From Octopus sinensis (lineage: Eukaryota), in the NCBI RefSeq assembly GCF_006345805.1, contig NW_021833259.1, positions 1-64,000 on the forward strand: a stretch of 64,000 bases of DNA, read 5' to 3'. How positions within the stretch are numbered: the first letter of the stretch is position 1; every line of letters begins with the position of its first letter. The position numbers and the translations under genes are program-made. A model generated the notes under the pieces. It was not told the DNA's origin. It saw nothing but the letters and a program-made list of their open reading frames with translations, and made no database searches. Shown piece by piece: positions 37,539-50,664 of this stretch.

Positions 37539-38261
37539 ACACACTCACACACTGTTTTAATATTCAGTGTGGGAAGTATTTCGTTCAACCCACACAGTAA
37601 TCGCAAGACTTAATCTAATGAAATCCGCTGTTCGGATTGGATTCTTCACAACAAGCGTTAATCTGATTAGAAAAGTTTTATGTGAATATCAAAATCAAAA
37701 CCTACCAATTCCCACCCACCCATACATATATATATATACATACATACATACACACATACATACATACATACATATATACATACATACAGGCATACATATA
37801 TACATACATACAGGCATACATATATACATACATACAGGCATACATACCCCCATACATACATATATACATACATAGACTCATACATACACACATACTTACA
37901 TACACACATACATACACACATGCTTACATATATATATACATACATACCCCCATACATACGTATATACATACATACACACACACACACATATGTACATACA
38001 TACACACATACATACACACATACATACATACAAACATACATACATATACACACACATACATACATACATACATACATACATACTTTCATACACACATACA
38101 TGCATGCATATATGTATACTTACATGTATGTATGTACACATGTATGCACGCATGTATGTATGAATGTAAGCATGTATATATCGATAGACATATATACACA
38201 TACGTACATATATACATACATACTTACATCCATATATACATACATACATACATACATTCAT

Positions 38262-38818
38262 ACTTGGTGGCTGCCCCCTCATTATCGAGCATGGCCATTG
38301 CTCGGTGCTTAATCAATGTTGTTATCGAGCAATGCCTGTGCGTGAAGATTTTTTTAAAGCGAGGAAAGGCTGTGCACTGAGTCAAACCCAGTCACTAATC
38401 AACAGCAGCCATAATCCCAAAAGAAGAATAAGTCAACATCATCGGTAACCACTGAGCCGCAGGTTTTATGTCGGAGTTATCCCAGTTACCTGAGTTACCC
38501 TCTCCTAGAAGGATTCCCTAACAAAGGCTAGGAGTCCTTCACTCCCTGTGGTTTAACCGCACGATCGGGTATTCAGTCCGATTATTTCTATGTCCCCGCG
38601 CATGATACAGCCTTAAGACATTTATTGGATGGCCGTTGACTCTCAAGAATTCCTCCGCTCTTTGACGGGTTTTGTTTTTCATCCCGCAGGGTTTCCAGTA
38701 AACACCCTCTTCACCAAGCAAGCTTGGTTGCGTTGCCGGTTTAGTCGCCGACGACCCGACAATTCAACAGGTTGTCCTGGGTTACATGATACCAGTGGCA
38801 CGCGAAAGTGACCTGACA
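38262..38818 (-). mobile_element. Non-coding repeat resembling an RTE-LINE 5' leader, flanked by (CATA)n
   Basis: Minus strand contains ctaggagagggtaactc, reminiscent from memory of RTE 5' UTR motifs; duplicated at 52126-52677; no ORF. Confidence 0.4.
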
Positions 38819-39563
38819 TACATACATACATACATACATACATACATACATACATACATACATACATGCATACATACATACATGCATCCATACATACATA
38901 CATACATGCATGCATGCATTCATACATACATACATACAGACATACATACATGCATTCATGCATACATGCATACATACATGCATACATACATACATGCATC
39001 CATACATACATACATACATACATGCATGCATGCATCCATACATACATACATACATACATACATACATACATACATGCATCCATACATACATACATACATA
39101 CATGCATGCATGCATCCATACATACATACATACATACATACATACATACATACATACATACATGCATACGTACATACATACATACATACATACATACATT
39201 CATACATACATGCATACAAAAATATCCTGTTCATGTTGTTGAAATTCCAATGAAAGATACTTGGAACTAAGTTAGAAGCCGTCTCTCTTTCTGTTGGCCA
39301 GAAATATTCTATTAAAACCGAATAATGACATACATACATATTTTTAGCTAGTCATTATCACTAGCTTTGAATATGTTTCTTCTTGTTTTATAAATCATAG
39401 CAAAACATACAAGTACAGTGTCTCCCATTTGAAACTCAATTCGGAAGTGCACCTTCCGTATGGACTGCATATGTACGACGGAATTCCATAGTTATGATTA
39501 AATATTCTTCGATGAAGCATATTAGACCCCTCAGATATAGGTTGACCAAATTTAATATATATA

Positions 39564-39624
<61 letters not shown>

Positions 39625-41132
39625 GTGTGTGTGTGTAACACTCTCGGTTTGGCCCGCGAAATTAGGTTAATTTCAAATAAGCTACAAAATAAATCTTACA
39701 GCCATGTCAGATTTCAACAAAGTCCCATAATTTTTCCTATTGTAATGGCGGGTTGCATATGCAGCTGCGCATGCTCTGTACAGCTTAAACACCTGGCGGT
39801 CGTTTTAACTGTCTATTTATGCCGCTGAATCAAAAGATGAATTTGAAGATCTACCAGCGTCCGTATTCTCTGCAATTGTTTACGATTTACAACCAGGAAA
39901 ATATTTGTATTCTAGAGAAACGAATGCAGATTTACCCATCAGACTAATAATAGTGGGATAGTAAACATTAATAATCTTTAATCTTTATTGCAGCTTGATG
40001 TTGTTAACCGAACCCTTCGTTTATCTAACAAATATTCGACACACTCGACATACTGTCATGAATCCTATTGGATATAACGTGACGGTCACAACATCTCAGC
40101 CTTCTTACACACAGCATCCGTGCTTGCCCTGACTATATTTGCTCTCTTTACTCTCACTTTTATGTGTGTTGTATTCGTTTCGCATGAAATGTCTTCAGCT
40201 TCTAGGATCCATCCTTTCTTCGGTTCTGGTATGTTTACGTAGATGAGTGAAAGAAATCGTCGTATTTGATGTTCTCTGCTGCTGAAATGAGGCAATTTTT
40301 CTGGTTGATTTCCTTTCTTATTCTTGTATATCAGTGTTTAGTGTATGACGTGTATGTTGTGTGCATCGAGTTTCATTTTGCATCTTATTTTGAAGAGAGG
40401 TGGGAATTTTGTGATATAGATTTAGGTTGGCAGGACCAATACTCATTTATACTGTCTTTTGAGGGATTGATCGCGTAAATTCCACATTCTCAGAAAGCTT
40501 AAATTGAACATTTTGTGATATTTCTAAAGTAGACGATAAATAGGTTTTATAAGATATGGGTTTGGAATGGATCGGAAAGCTTTCCTGATTAATAACGGCA
40601 AATAGAATGGATTGTGTGGAAGTATCTGGTTGTTGTTGAAAGAATCAGTTAAGTTCTGTGCTATGCAATGTAGCGGTTCATGGCTCCTTGTCAGAATCCG
40701 AGCTGTAATTTGAAAACCAAGATGTCGGAGATAGTAGCGTCGAGTATTAGAAATTCTAAGGCTGTGCATGAAAGCTGATATAATTCTATGGTGGTACTTT
40801 ATTTGGGGTTTGTTGAATCATGAGACAGAAGACAAAATACTGTTAAACAAAATAACATTTTATTTCAACGATAAGTTTGATAAACTGAAATCTTACAAAA
40901 TGTTTTCTAGAATCATTTCGACAGATTTAGATTTTTCTTGTTTTTGAGGATATTTCTGGCATTCTACGTCGCCTCTTTTGTATTGTTTGAATATCGTCTG
41001 TAAACTAGTACAACAGTTTATTGTAACGATAGACATACTTTAAAGTAAATATTAGGTAAAACAATTAAAATTTTATATTATTTCTTTTAATTCACAGACA
41101 TATTTTCATATGGAACCGAATTTAATTTCTAT

Positions 41133-41632
41133 TCAATATTTACTGCACACAACGCAGGTTAATTCTTGACCATTGACATACGGTGGACATGGCAATGAAC
41201 CACAAGCAGCCTGAACGAAATATAAAACAGCTCCATTTTCGTCTCTGTAACCTGCTGGATCAGCTTCTGGTGCATAGTCCACACACACATATTCTAGTCT
41301 GCCCTTTTCTTCGTGATTACTGGACATCAAATATCCTGAATACTCAGCTGTCCAACCATCGTAACACTTTGTCCTGGCTGGTAACATCATAACAACAGCA
41401 GGTTGTCGTGTCAAACAGACAGCGCACGGAACGTTGTGATCATTAATTGATTTAGCGTTAGCAAAAGAAAAGAGTTTATTAGTTGGGTATAACTGTAGTT
41501 GATATTCACTGCCATAAATCCAACCCGCATTTTCCCCTTTTGCAGTATAATTGGCCCAAATGGGGTCGTTGGGTAGGCATAAGAGATTATTTCCGCCACC
41601 TGTCTTGTCAAAATTTTGTCCACCAGCCACAC
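41133..41632 (-). CDS. Terminal exon of a spongin short-chain collagen C-terminal (collagen IV NC1-like) domain protein, intact
   Basis: Acceptor ctaattcaag|GT. GVAGGQNFDKTGGGNNLLCLPNDPIW..IYGSEY..DHNVPCAVC..MMLPARTKCYDGWTAEYSGYLMS..EYVCVD..ENGAVLYFVQAACGSLPCPPYVNGQELTCVVCSKY stop. Confidence 0.9.
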
Positions 41633-43248
41633 CTTGAATTAGTAAGAATAAATCAAGTAAAAAAGATATTAGGCAAAATTATATATGAAATAACGGAAAC
41701 ATTCATTACAGTTTGACCCTTAAAAGGAGTCATGTTTAGTCACGTGTGAACGAATTGTGGTGTATATATGTTAGTGTTTATACGAGTGTAAGCTGTGTGT
41801 TGCTGTATGGGAGTGCGCATGTGTTCGCAGCTGTGCTTTTCTCTTCTCTTTATATATATATTTGTGTGTGTGTGTGTGAGTGTGTGTTTACGAGTCAGTA
41901 TTTGTGGTTGTGATGTGTATTGCATGGGATAGATGTTTGTGTGTGGATGTCAATAAACGGAGAAAGGAAAGGGATTTTGTGACGCATGTGGTCGTGATTT
42001 CCCGAAATGGAAAAGATGTCGTTCACGTTTGAACGGGAAAATTGTTGGTGATGGGAATTGCATGTGGTTTGAGTAGAACAATACGAGAGACGGTGAGATG
42101 CAGAGAACTGGTGGGTAAGAGGGGATGAAATACTGTTTAGCCGACCATACGGGTGTGTCTGGCTATATCCATCGGTTTGTCTCGGACGAGTCAGCCCTAC
42201 CACGAGACGGGCCTACCACATACTATAATATTATGATCACAGAGATTTTATTTCTTGCAAAGCATGAACTGAGGTGGAGTGAATTTTGAAGCTCATTGAT
42301 GGCGTAGTGCTTAAGAAGAATGGACAGCGGAGTGGGCGACCGATAAACGATATGTGTAGGGTTTATAGAGAGCAGATTCACAAAGGATGCGAGATTGGTT
42401 GGAGAAGATGTGGGAAGCAATAGCTTTGAATTGGATGTGCCGGCGATACCTTACAAAGATATACTGGACAATTAATGAGGGGAGGTGGTGCATGAAAAGA
42501 GAGAGGTTTGAGGAATAGGGCGATATCGGTAAGGCGGAGAAGATTAGAAGTGCAATATGTACTCATTTGGGTTCCCTCAGTGGTACTTGGTCCTTCCATA
42601 TTTGGCATAATACATACGGCCCTTAGTTAGCTTTGTCCATTAGTTACAGTGTATGGTTTGTCCAGTCCACATTGTACATTCTGCGTTCATTTGATTAACC
42701 CTATACATTCGTTCATCAATTGATTGTAGTCTATAACTACAATCAATAGACACTCTAGTTAATGATAGTCAAGTGGCCACTTTTCAGTTCTGGTCACTCA
42801 CGTATAATACCACCATCCGTATCCAGTACACTTGATCACCAGTTAGCAGCCTCGGTATTTGATATCTACACTCCATACAAGTCAGCCAGGAGTCCTTGAT
42901 CGCTGTACTGGATTCCAGTCTAGTCCCTATCTATAATTATACGTAGAGATATCTATATTCTGAGGTTAGACAACATCATTTTCACCTGGTCCGAAGTAGA
43001 AAACATTTAAATTCTGATTTGACCAAATACCTACAAAGAAGTAAGCAGTCTTGTGCAGTCTCAACAGGGTCTATAGGTATCGTTTGAAACGTGATATATC
43101 ACATGATTTGCTTGAGTGTGCGTGCGTGCGTGTCCGTGTGAGAAACGGAAAGAGAGGGGGCGACAGAAAGAGAAAATGAGAGGAATAAAAAGAGAAGAAG
43201 AGAAAGATAAAGAGAGAAAGAGTGAACAGAAGTATAGTTTATACTAAC

Positions 43249-43323
43249 CGTCATATACAAGGTTTGGATAAGGAGGACAACTTGTTCTGCCCCACCGGGT
43301 ATACAATGATCCGAGACCGGGTT
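43249..43323 (-). CDS. 75-nt phase 1-1 exon of the same gene
   Basis: ttttcag|AA CCC.. PGLGSLYTRWGRTSCPPYPNLVYD G|gttagt; splices in frame to 41632, giving the YxRWGRTxCP..VYxGVAGG motif. Confidence 0.9.
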
Positions 43324-43677
43324 CTGAAAATTTAAAATGAAATAATTTAGTTTAAAAGAAAGAATTCTTGAATCCTATACAAAGGAAGTTGTTGGCTTGG
43401 AAGGAATTGATAGAGAGGAGATACATTTAGAATTTAAGAGAGAAAGAATGAGTGAATGAATGAAAATCAGAATGAAAGAAGTAAATGATTCGCTAAGAAT
43501 AAATTTTAAACGAAGAAAATTAGTCATTTGTCTATTGAGCCTGTTGTTGACGTTGATGTCAACGAATTGAGAGATTAATCTCAGAATATCAGAATGTGTA
43601 TTTGTCTCCCTTAAAAACGGATGTTTGTTTTGTAGTTGAACTTGGATGTGAGTATATATATATATATATATATATAT

Positions 43678-44096
43678 CTTTACTCTTTTTTTCTTTTACT
43701 CTTTTATTTGTTTCAGTCATTTGACTGCGGCCATGCTGGAGCACCGCCTTTAGTCGAGCAAATCGACCCCGGGACTTATTCTTTGTAAGCCCAGTACTTA
43801 TTCTATCGGTCTCTTTTGCCGAACCGCTAAGTGACGGGGACGTTAACACACCAGCATCAGTTGTCAAGCAATGCTAGGGGGACAAACACAGACACACAAA
43901 CACACACACATACATATACATATATATACATATTAATACGACATGCTTCTTTCAGTTTCCGTCTACCAAATCCACTCACAAGGCATTGGTCGGCCCGGGG
44001 CTATAGTAGAAGACACTTGCCCAAGGTGCCACGCAGTGGGACTGAACCCGGAACCATGTGGTTGGTTAGCAAGCTACTTACCACACAGCCACTCCT
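43678..44096 (-). mobile_element. SINE family 1 (full length), intronic
   Basis: Matches 17151-17572 on the opposite strand. Confidence 0.88.
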
Positions 44097-44105
44097 GCGC
44101 CTATA

Positions 44106-44217
<112 letters not shown>

Positions 44218-44289
44218 TATATATATACATATATATGTACATTTATATATATTTGTGACAATAAAAATGATTAAGTTCTTTTATAGATA

Positions 44290-46500
44290 TGGTGGCAATA
44301 TTATGAATTCTTGGCATCTGATTGGCCAATTACGAATATCAGCTTGGTGTTTGGCGCGAAGAGAGTCCGTTTCCTTCCAGAAGACTAGTATGGCCACCCC
44401 ATTAAGGTGTGTGACGCCATTCCACCCAATCAATACTTCTTGCGGTTATCAGCGCCAAAGTGTGCACGGAAGTCTCCTTGTAAGACAAATGACTTTACCC
44501 CAAATATATCCAAAGCTGCAGTGACTTTGTTAAGGAAGCATTTGTATTTGGCCTCGCTATTGGGTGCATTTACTTCCAGCAGCTACACCACTCCTTCATT
44601 CTGCTTGAGCTTCAGGAGGTATCCCTTAATACGTAGTGGGATTCACTCCATAATCCAGTCCGAAAGCCAGGGATCGTGAGCATCCCACTTCCGCCTGTGC
44701 TGACATATTTGGCCCCACACCTGCACGGTGGAGTTTCCAACCTACTTCCAAGTGTACGCCTCCGAAATAATGAAGATTTCTTGAGAAGACATCGATTATA
44801 TATAACAGGTTGCGTTTTGTATCGTCCGGTTTTGACAGTCTAATTCTCAATTATGAACGGTTGATCCCTTCTGTACCTGCTTCGGGGTTTGGAAGACGCA
44901 TATTTTGTATTCCATCCCAATGCATCTCAGATTGAGTTGGGTGGAGACTGCAATATATTTCCCGAATGGACTCCTCCACTCAAGATCCAGACGCAACGGC
45001 GTTTATCCCACTCGATGGATGATGCGATATGGCTATTCCTTTGAGCCCGTAGCGAACTGTAAGTATATGCATCAAAATGCGAATTCAAATACAAATCCTT
45101 CCTAAGCAAATTCACTTCAGCTTTAGATATATTTGAGGTAAAGTCATTTGTCCTGCAATGAGACTTCAGTGCACACCTTGGCACTGATAACCGCGAGAAG
45201 GATTGATTGGAAGGAATGTCGTTAGTGAACTTAATGGAGAGGTCATAGTAGCCTTCTGTGCAGGACACACACTCTCCTCTCTATCGTATAGATATTATTT
45301 TAAGACTGGGATATTTAAACGGGTGCCCGGTATAGAAATACTTAGTGACAGAGATTTTTGATAGATTTCGGTCATCTTTCACTCTTTGCTGAACGTTTGG
45401 GTAAAAGGAAGGGGTGGAGTTGTCAACTCGCACTACCTAAATGTCTAAAAACTGAAAATTCCTAATCTGCCGAACACTGGAAATTGGTTAGTCCAGTGCG
45501 ACCTACAGTGCGACCTACAGTGCGACCTACAGTGTGACCTACAGTTGGAAGCCTTGGTGGATGCTGGGATCAGAAACCAAAATGTGGAGACTTTTGCATC
45601 CAAATTGAGAGTGACCTGCCTGAATGAAGTTGGACATCGAAATGGATTCGTGATTGTATTATTTTTTTCGGCAGGTTCTTCTTCGGTTGAACGCTTATTT
45701 GTGCTAAATTCACTTAAAAGTGATAAAGCTGCTGGTTAAAAGTACGTTCGGCTTGATATTTTAGAAGCCTTAAATACAGATTGTATTCTCTGAGTGATCC
45801 ATGTATGCTAGGCGGATGGGACCTCTGGAAAAAACATCAAAGTAATGGTAATATGGGGTGACAATCACAATTTTTTCAAACAGAGACCAAAGAGTGTGTT
45901 CTAGTTATAGAAAAGTCTACACTAGATTTCAGGAAAAGATATGTAGGGAAATTGTCGTGCCCAAGAATACTGTCCTGGACGCAGTACCGCCGACCAGATA
46001 GTCGTTCAAAGATAGATCTTCCAGCAAACGTTGAAGCATTTCCAAGAGGAATACGCTGTAAACCACGGAAAGGCAGACGATCACGTGCCCTGGGATATGT
46101 TGCGGATGGTTAACCAGGAAGGTGAGTTTAATGGGCAAAGACTGGTTGCCATAAAGTACTTATATGGATGTTCAAATGATAGTATTTATGTAAAAGTCGA
46201 AAGTTTTCAACGTGAAGGTTTCACTTAGTTGAAGTGTGCATTGTTAGTGCACCTTCTCACATTCTTTTTTGTGATCTGGTTGAATATGCGCAGCCATAGT
46301 GGTAGAGGTATCCCAATTAATCTCTACGTGATCGGTGGAGTGTGATTTGTAGACGACATGCTGCTACCTGATTCGTCTGATGGTCACCAACAACGTGCAC
46401 TGAATTGGTTGGCTGCCGAGTACCCCAAGGCAGGATTGACAAATACGCACTGCGTAGGAAAGTGGAACATCATCATTTCGGGTCTCTATTCACGAATGAT
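44290..46500 (+). mobile_element. Decayed RTE LINE remnant with an inverted APE fragment at its left end (44290-44640)
   Basis: GDFSAHLGTD near 45160; FVDDMLL..QQRALNWLAAEY near 46350; the segment around 44445-44500 is the reverse complement of that around 45140-45195. Confidence 0.75.
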
Positions 46501-46590
46501 TGGAAGCACAAGAGTGGACAGAATGCTTAATTGTAGATATAAACGCAGTGAAGTGCCAGCTCGGGCATTTGATTCTCAGATAAAGAGGGC

Positions 46591-46720
46591 ATTCCATGCT
46601 TTTCGCATGCAATCCGGCGGGGCTCGCTCTGCGCACACTAATTATTTTACAGTGAACGTACCGGCCGCCTCGGACACTCGGCGAAGAGCACCCTCGGGGG
46701 CGACGTCCGGGCAGAAACAG
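46591..46720 (-). rRNA. ~130-bp 18S rRNA V4-region fragment, copy-specific insertion
   Basis: Reverse complement gtgctcttcgccgagtgtcc..cgttcactgtaaaataattagtgtg..gcatggaat aligns with the 18S motifs tgctctt..ctgagtgt..cgtttactttgaaaaaattagagtg..gcatggaat; absent from the paralogous site at ~60325. Confidence 0.75.
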
Positions 46721-46739
46721 TTCTCGACGTAGAACGGCA

Positions 46740-47718
46740 TATGTACTCATACATACAATAAATATCATAGTATATTAGAGTAACAATTTATTTAGGAAAT
46801 TATTGTAAAGTAGAACATATTTCGAAATAAATTCAGGCAAGTGTCTTAGTATATATTATTGTGGACATATGGATAGTAATGTGGAATTAATTCAAAGTTG
46901 GTGGAATTATAAATCATTAGTTAATGTTTCACGGGTAAAATAGTTTAGCTATAAAATTAGTTCTTACTTGGTGTGTCATCTGGTTTATCGTCGAGAGATT
47001 TCTTGGAGATGAAACGGTTCTGTGAAAAAATAGAAATAGCATCATATACATAGAACTTCAGGGTATTTATTATCGTTTAAAACTTAAAACAATGCAATAG
47101 ATGACAATATATTTGGACAGGTATCATTGCCAACACTACCATCTCAACCCCTAAGGAATCTTTTAGAAGGCGCTTCAATCCCGTCAAACGAATTCTTGAA
47201 CATTATCAGAGAATACAACTCTGCATTTCAAATGACGTCGTTTGATGAATCTAAGAAGATAGATAAACATGAATTTACGCCGACGTCAAAGTTCAAGGGC
47301 AAGCCTATCCCATCATTGGTTCCCTAGTACCTGCGAATGAACAACCACAGTTCCGCCAAATTTGCTCTATGTGTGATGTGGGACAAGAAACCCGACGTGA
47401 GGTGTCAAAATTTCCGATGATGAGTCGTGTTAGACACAGCGCACACTGCTGCAAAAGTGAGTATATCCACTGACAGCATTTCGGTGCGTTCAAAAATCAC
47501 AGAAACCCCAGCTCCAATTTTGCATGACAGGTTAGGGCCTGAAACACTCCAAACGGACGCATAGCATGTTGCTTAGTCGAATTAGCCCAGCATTTACTCT
47601 ACAAATGTTTTGTTGTCAATGTTGCACTTTCCCATATCACCTGTTTCAAAATGACTGGAATATATTATATACGAACTTTGCCATTTCAATCCCCAGCAAT
47701 GCCGGGTATGTCTTCTAG
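46740..47718 (+). mobile_element. Non-autonomous Helitron with Rep/Hel fragment and canonical 3' end
   Basis: LPSQPLRNLLEG..IREYNSAFQMTSF; hairpin plus CTAG 47715-47718; 3' end duplicated at 48065-48202; left boundary approximate. Confidence 0.78.
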
Positions 47719-47792
47719 TACACAGACACACACACAAACATACACACACATATACACACACAAATATATCTACATATATATATAAACACATA

Positions 47793-48036
47793 TCTCCGTG
47801 ATCATCGTGATCGACCAGGCTATCAGTTGTTGCTACACATCACTGGTCACAATGCGCTTCGCATTGTTTTAGCCTCCAAATGACGCCACCCCACTGGCAA
47901 AGCGAGCAGGCCAACAGAAGAAAGTGAGCCTCGTGTTTTTGCTCAATAAACACTCACAACGCCCAGTCTTGGAATCGAAACAACGATCTTACAACCGTGA
48001 GTCTGCTGCCCTAACCACTGGGCCACTGCGCCTCCA
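47793..48036 (-). mobile_element. SINE family 2
   Basis: Matches 34565-34854. Confidence 0.82.
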
Positions 48037-48200
48037 CACACACACACAGACACATATATACATATCAATAGCCCAGCATTTACTCTACAAATGTTTCGTT
48101 GTCAATGTCACATCCCCATATCACCTGTTTCAAAATAACTGGAATATATTATATAACAACTTCGCCATTTTAATCCCCAGAAATGTCGGTTATGACTGCT

Positions 48201-48239
<39 letters not shown>

Positions 48240-48547
48240 ACACACACATATACACACACACTGACACATACATACACACACACAAACATCTATATATATA
48301 TATATATCAAGTGCAAACAAGGGAGTCAGAGAAAGGCAGAATGCCACTTAAATCTGAACACTACTATAGAAATATTCTTTTAAAAAAACTTTTCTTCTAA
48401 GTTTTCTAAATTTAATTATTTAATCGTTACAGTTGAAAAGGTCTCAAAATGACCGAAACCGGTACTGAAATGTTCACTATAAAATTATTTTAGCATTTTC
48501 TATTTTTGACTTGTTTTTTCATATATATATATATATATATATAAATC

Positions 48548-48830
48548 TGTGTGATCAAAGTGACCGACCAGGCAATCAGTTGTTGCTACACATCGCTGGT
48601 CACAATGCGCTTCGCATTGTTTTGGCTTTTAAATGACGCCACCCCGTTGGCTAAGCGAGCAGGCCAACAGAAGAAAGGGAGAAAGTTGTGGCGAAAGAGT
48701 ACAGCAGGGATCACCACCACCTCCTGCCGGAGTAGGTTGAGCTTTAGGGGTTTTTGCTCAATAAACACACAATGCCTAGTCTGGGAATCGAAACCGCGAT
48801 CCTACAACCGTGAGTCCGCTGCCGTAACCA
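48548..48830 (-). mobile_element. SINE family 2 (head-truncated)
   Basis: Matches 34565-34854. Confidence 0.8.
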
Positions 48831-49583
48831 CACACACACATACACAGACACACACACACATGCATTAATATATACGTATGCACGTATACTTAAGCATACA
48901 CACCATAAATATCACAAATATACGTATCTACTTATACGCATACACACACACAAACGCACACATATATGTGAGTGGACATACACTGTATAGTGTGATTGTT
49001 CGTGTAAAATTGAGCACGTGTGTCTGTGTGCGTGCGTATGTGTGTGTGTTTGTGTTTATTTGTGCGTGTGTTTGTCCGTGTGTCTGTGTGTATGTATTTA
49101 CATTCGTTCTTACATATTGTCATATATAAAAACCAACGTGAATTACAGTCAAACATTACGAAATTCACCGATCTACATTGGCACTCGCACGTTTTATTTT
49201 CAGTTGGAAAGAAAAGATTCAAAAAAACTCGCCTCACTTCCGTTCCTGATGGAGAGAAATAGATAAATGTGTGTAAATATGTACGTATTCCTATGTGTGC
49301 GTGTGTGTGTATGTTTGTATGTGTCCGTTTCTGTGCGTGTGTGCAAGTGTACATCTAGATATAATACTTAACACTAATATTAATAGGGCTAAACGTTGCA
49401 GCGACAGGGCATGGCCATGCTAGAACTCCACCATTAGATTTTTTTCATTACGCACTTATTTCCCTCTCCAGGATTATGTCTGGTGAAAGAGCGAGCGGAC
49501 AGGAGTACAATTCCACCCTTCTTTGTGTTTCCTTGGGATGTGTGTATATGTATGTATACATATATACATATATATACATATAC

Positions 49584-49637
<54 letters not shown>

Positions 49638-49638
49638 T

Positions 49639-49680
<42 letters not shown>

Positions 49681-50520
49681 TGTAGATAAATAGATTGATA
49701 GATAGATATGTATGTACATACATACGTAACTATATATGTGTGTATGTATATATGATATGTATATATATATATATAGATGTATGTGTGTGTGTGTGTGTGT
49801 GTATAGCACACATAGTGTGTATGTATCTATGTTTTATATATGTGTCTGTTATTGTCGCACCACTATCGATTCTCAACTGATGTCGGTGTGTTTACGTCCC
49901 CGTTACAAAGCGGTTCGGCTAGATATACCGATAGAATGAGCAATAGGCTTACAAAGAATAATTCCTGAAGTCGATTTGTCCTACTAAACGCAGTGCTCTA
50001 GCATGGCCGCAGTCAAATGACTGAAACGGGTTAAAGAATATATTTATATACAAACACACACACACACACACACGCACACACATATACATATATATATATA
50101 GATAAATAGAGAGAGAGAGAGATAGACAGAGAGATACAGTGATAGATACACACACGCATATATTTGTTTGTATATATATATCTATATATGTTCACGCACT
50201 AATATATTCATATATATGTATATTTATATATACATATATATGTATATTATATATACAAATATATGTATATGTATATATATGTATATTTAGGTGTGTGCGC
50301 CTGTGTGTTCGTGTGTGATTACGTGTGTGATCTTATGTGTGTGTGTGTGCTCCGTAGGAACATATGTAAGTGATTCATGCATACATCCTTACATCCATTC
50401 ATCCATCCGTACGTACATACATCCACATATTAATACATACATACGTAGATGCATACATACATACATGCATATATAAATACATAAAGACATAAATATATTA
50501 ACAAAAAATCCATGGCTTAC

Positions 50521-50664
50521 CGTTTTCGATTTCTCTTCCATTTTTCCTATTCTTGAATCTTGATGAAGAATCACGATCGTCAGAACGAGAAGAACCCCAA
50601 AAGCTATGAGAGAAGAAATGGAATAACGCTGCGAAATATTCCTGGACAGTTGTGCGAAATCCAT
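50521..50664 (-). CDS. Putative first coding exon for the copy with intact 43- and 41-kb exons
   Basis: Same 48-aa tail plus TM peptide; donor GTAAGC; phase 0, so an unidentified phase 0-1 exon is needed to join 43323. Confidence 0.55.

Noticed and set aside
31160-39339. Long YIHT/MYVC/HTHT/CVCV ORFs here and throughout the window
   Set aside because: Translations of microsatellites
43400-43620. Amphipathic frame SDILRLISQFVDINVNNRLNRQ as the missing exon
   Set aside because: No convincing splice sites and a 1-nt indel between the two copies
45496-45545. 12-bp tandem (gtgcgacctaca) x4 in one unit
   Set aside because: Ordinary slippage expansion inside a dead RTE remnant
49114-49245. Candidate 132-nt internal exon (strong acceptor tttctctccatcag, donor gtaaga; GTEVRRVFL..KTCECQCRS), open here but with TAA in the 35- and 63-kb copies
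   Set aside because: It is phase 1-1, so it does not fit the phase 0 first exon, and direct splicing to 43323 would create TAA; unresolved without cDNA
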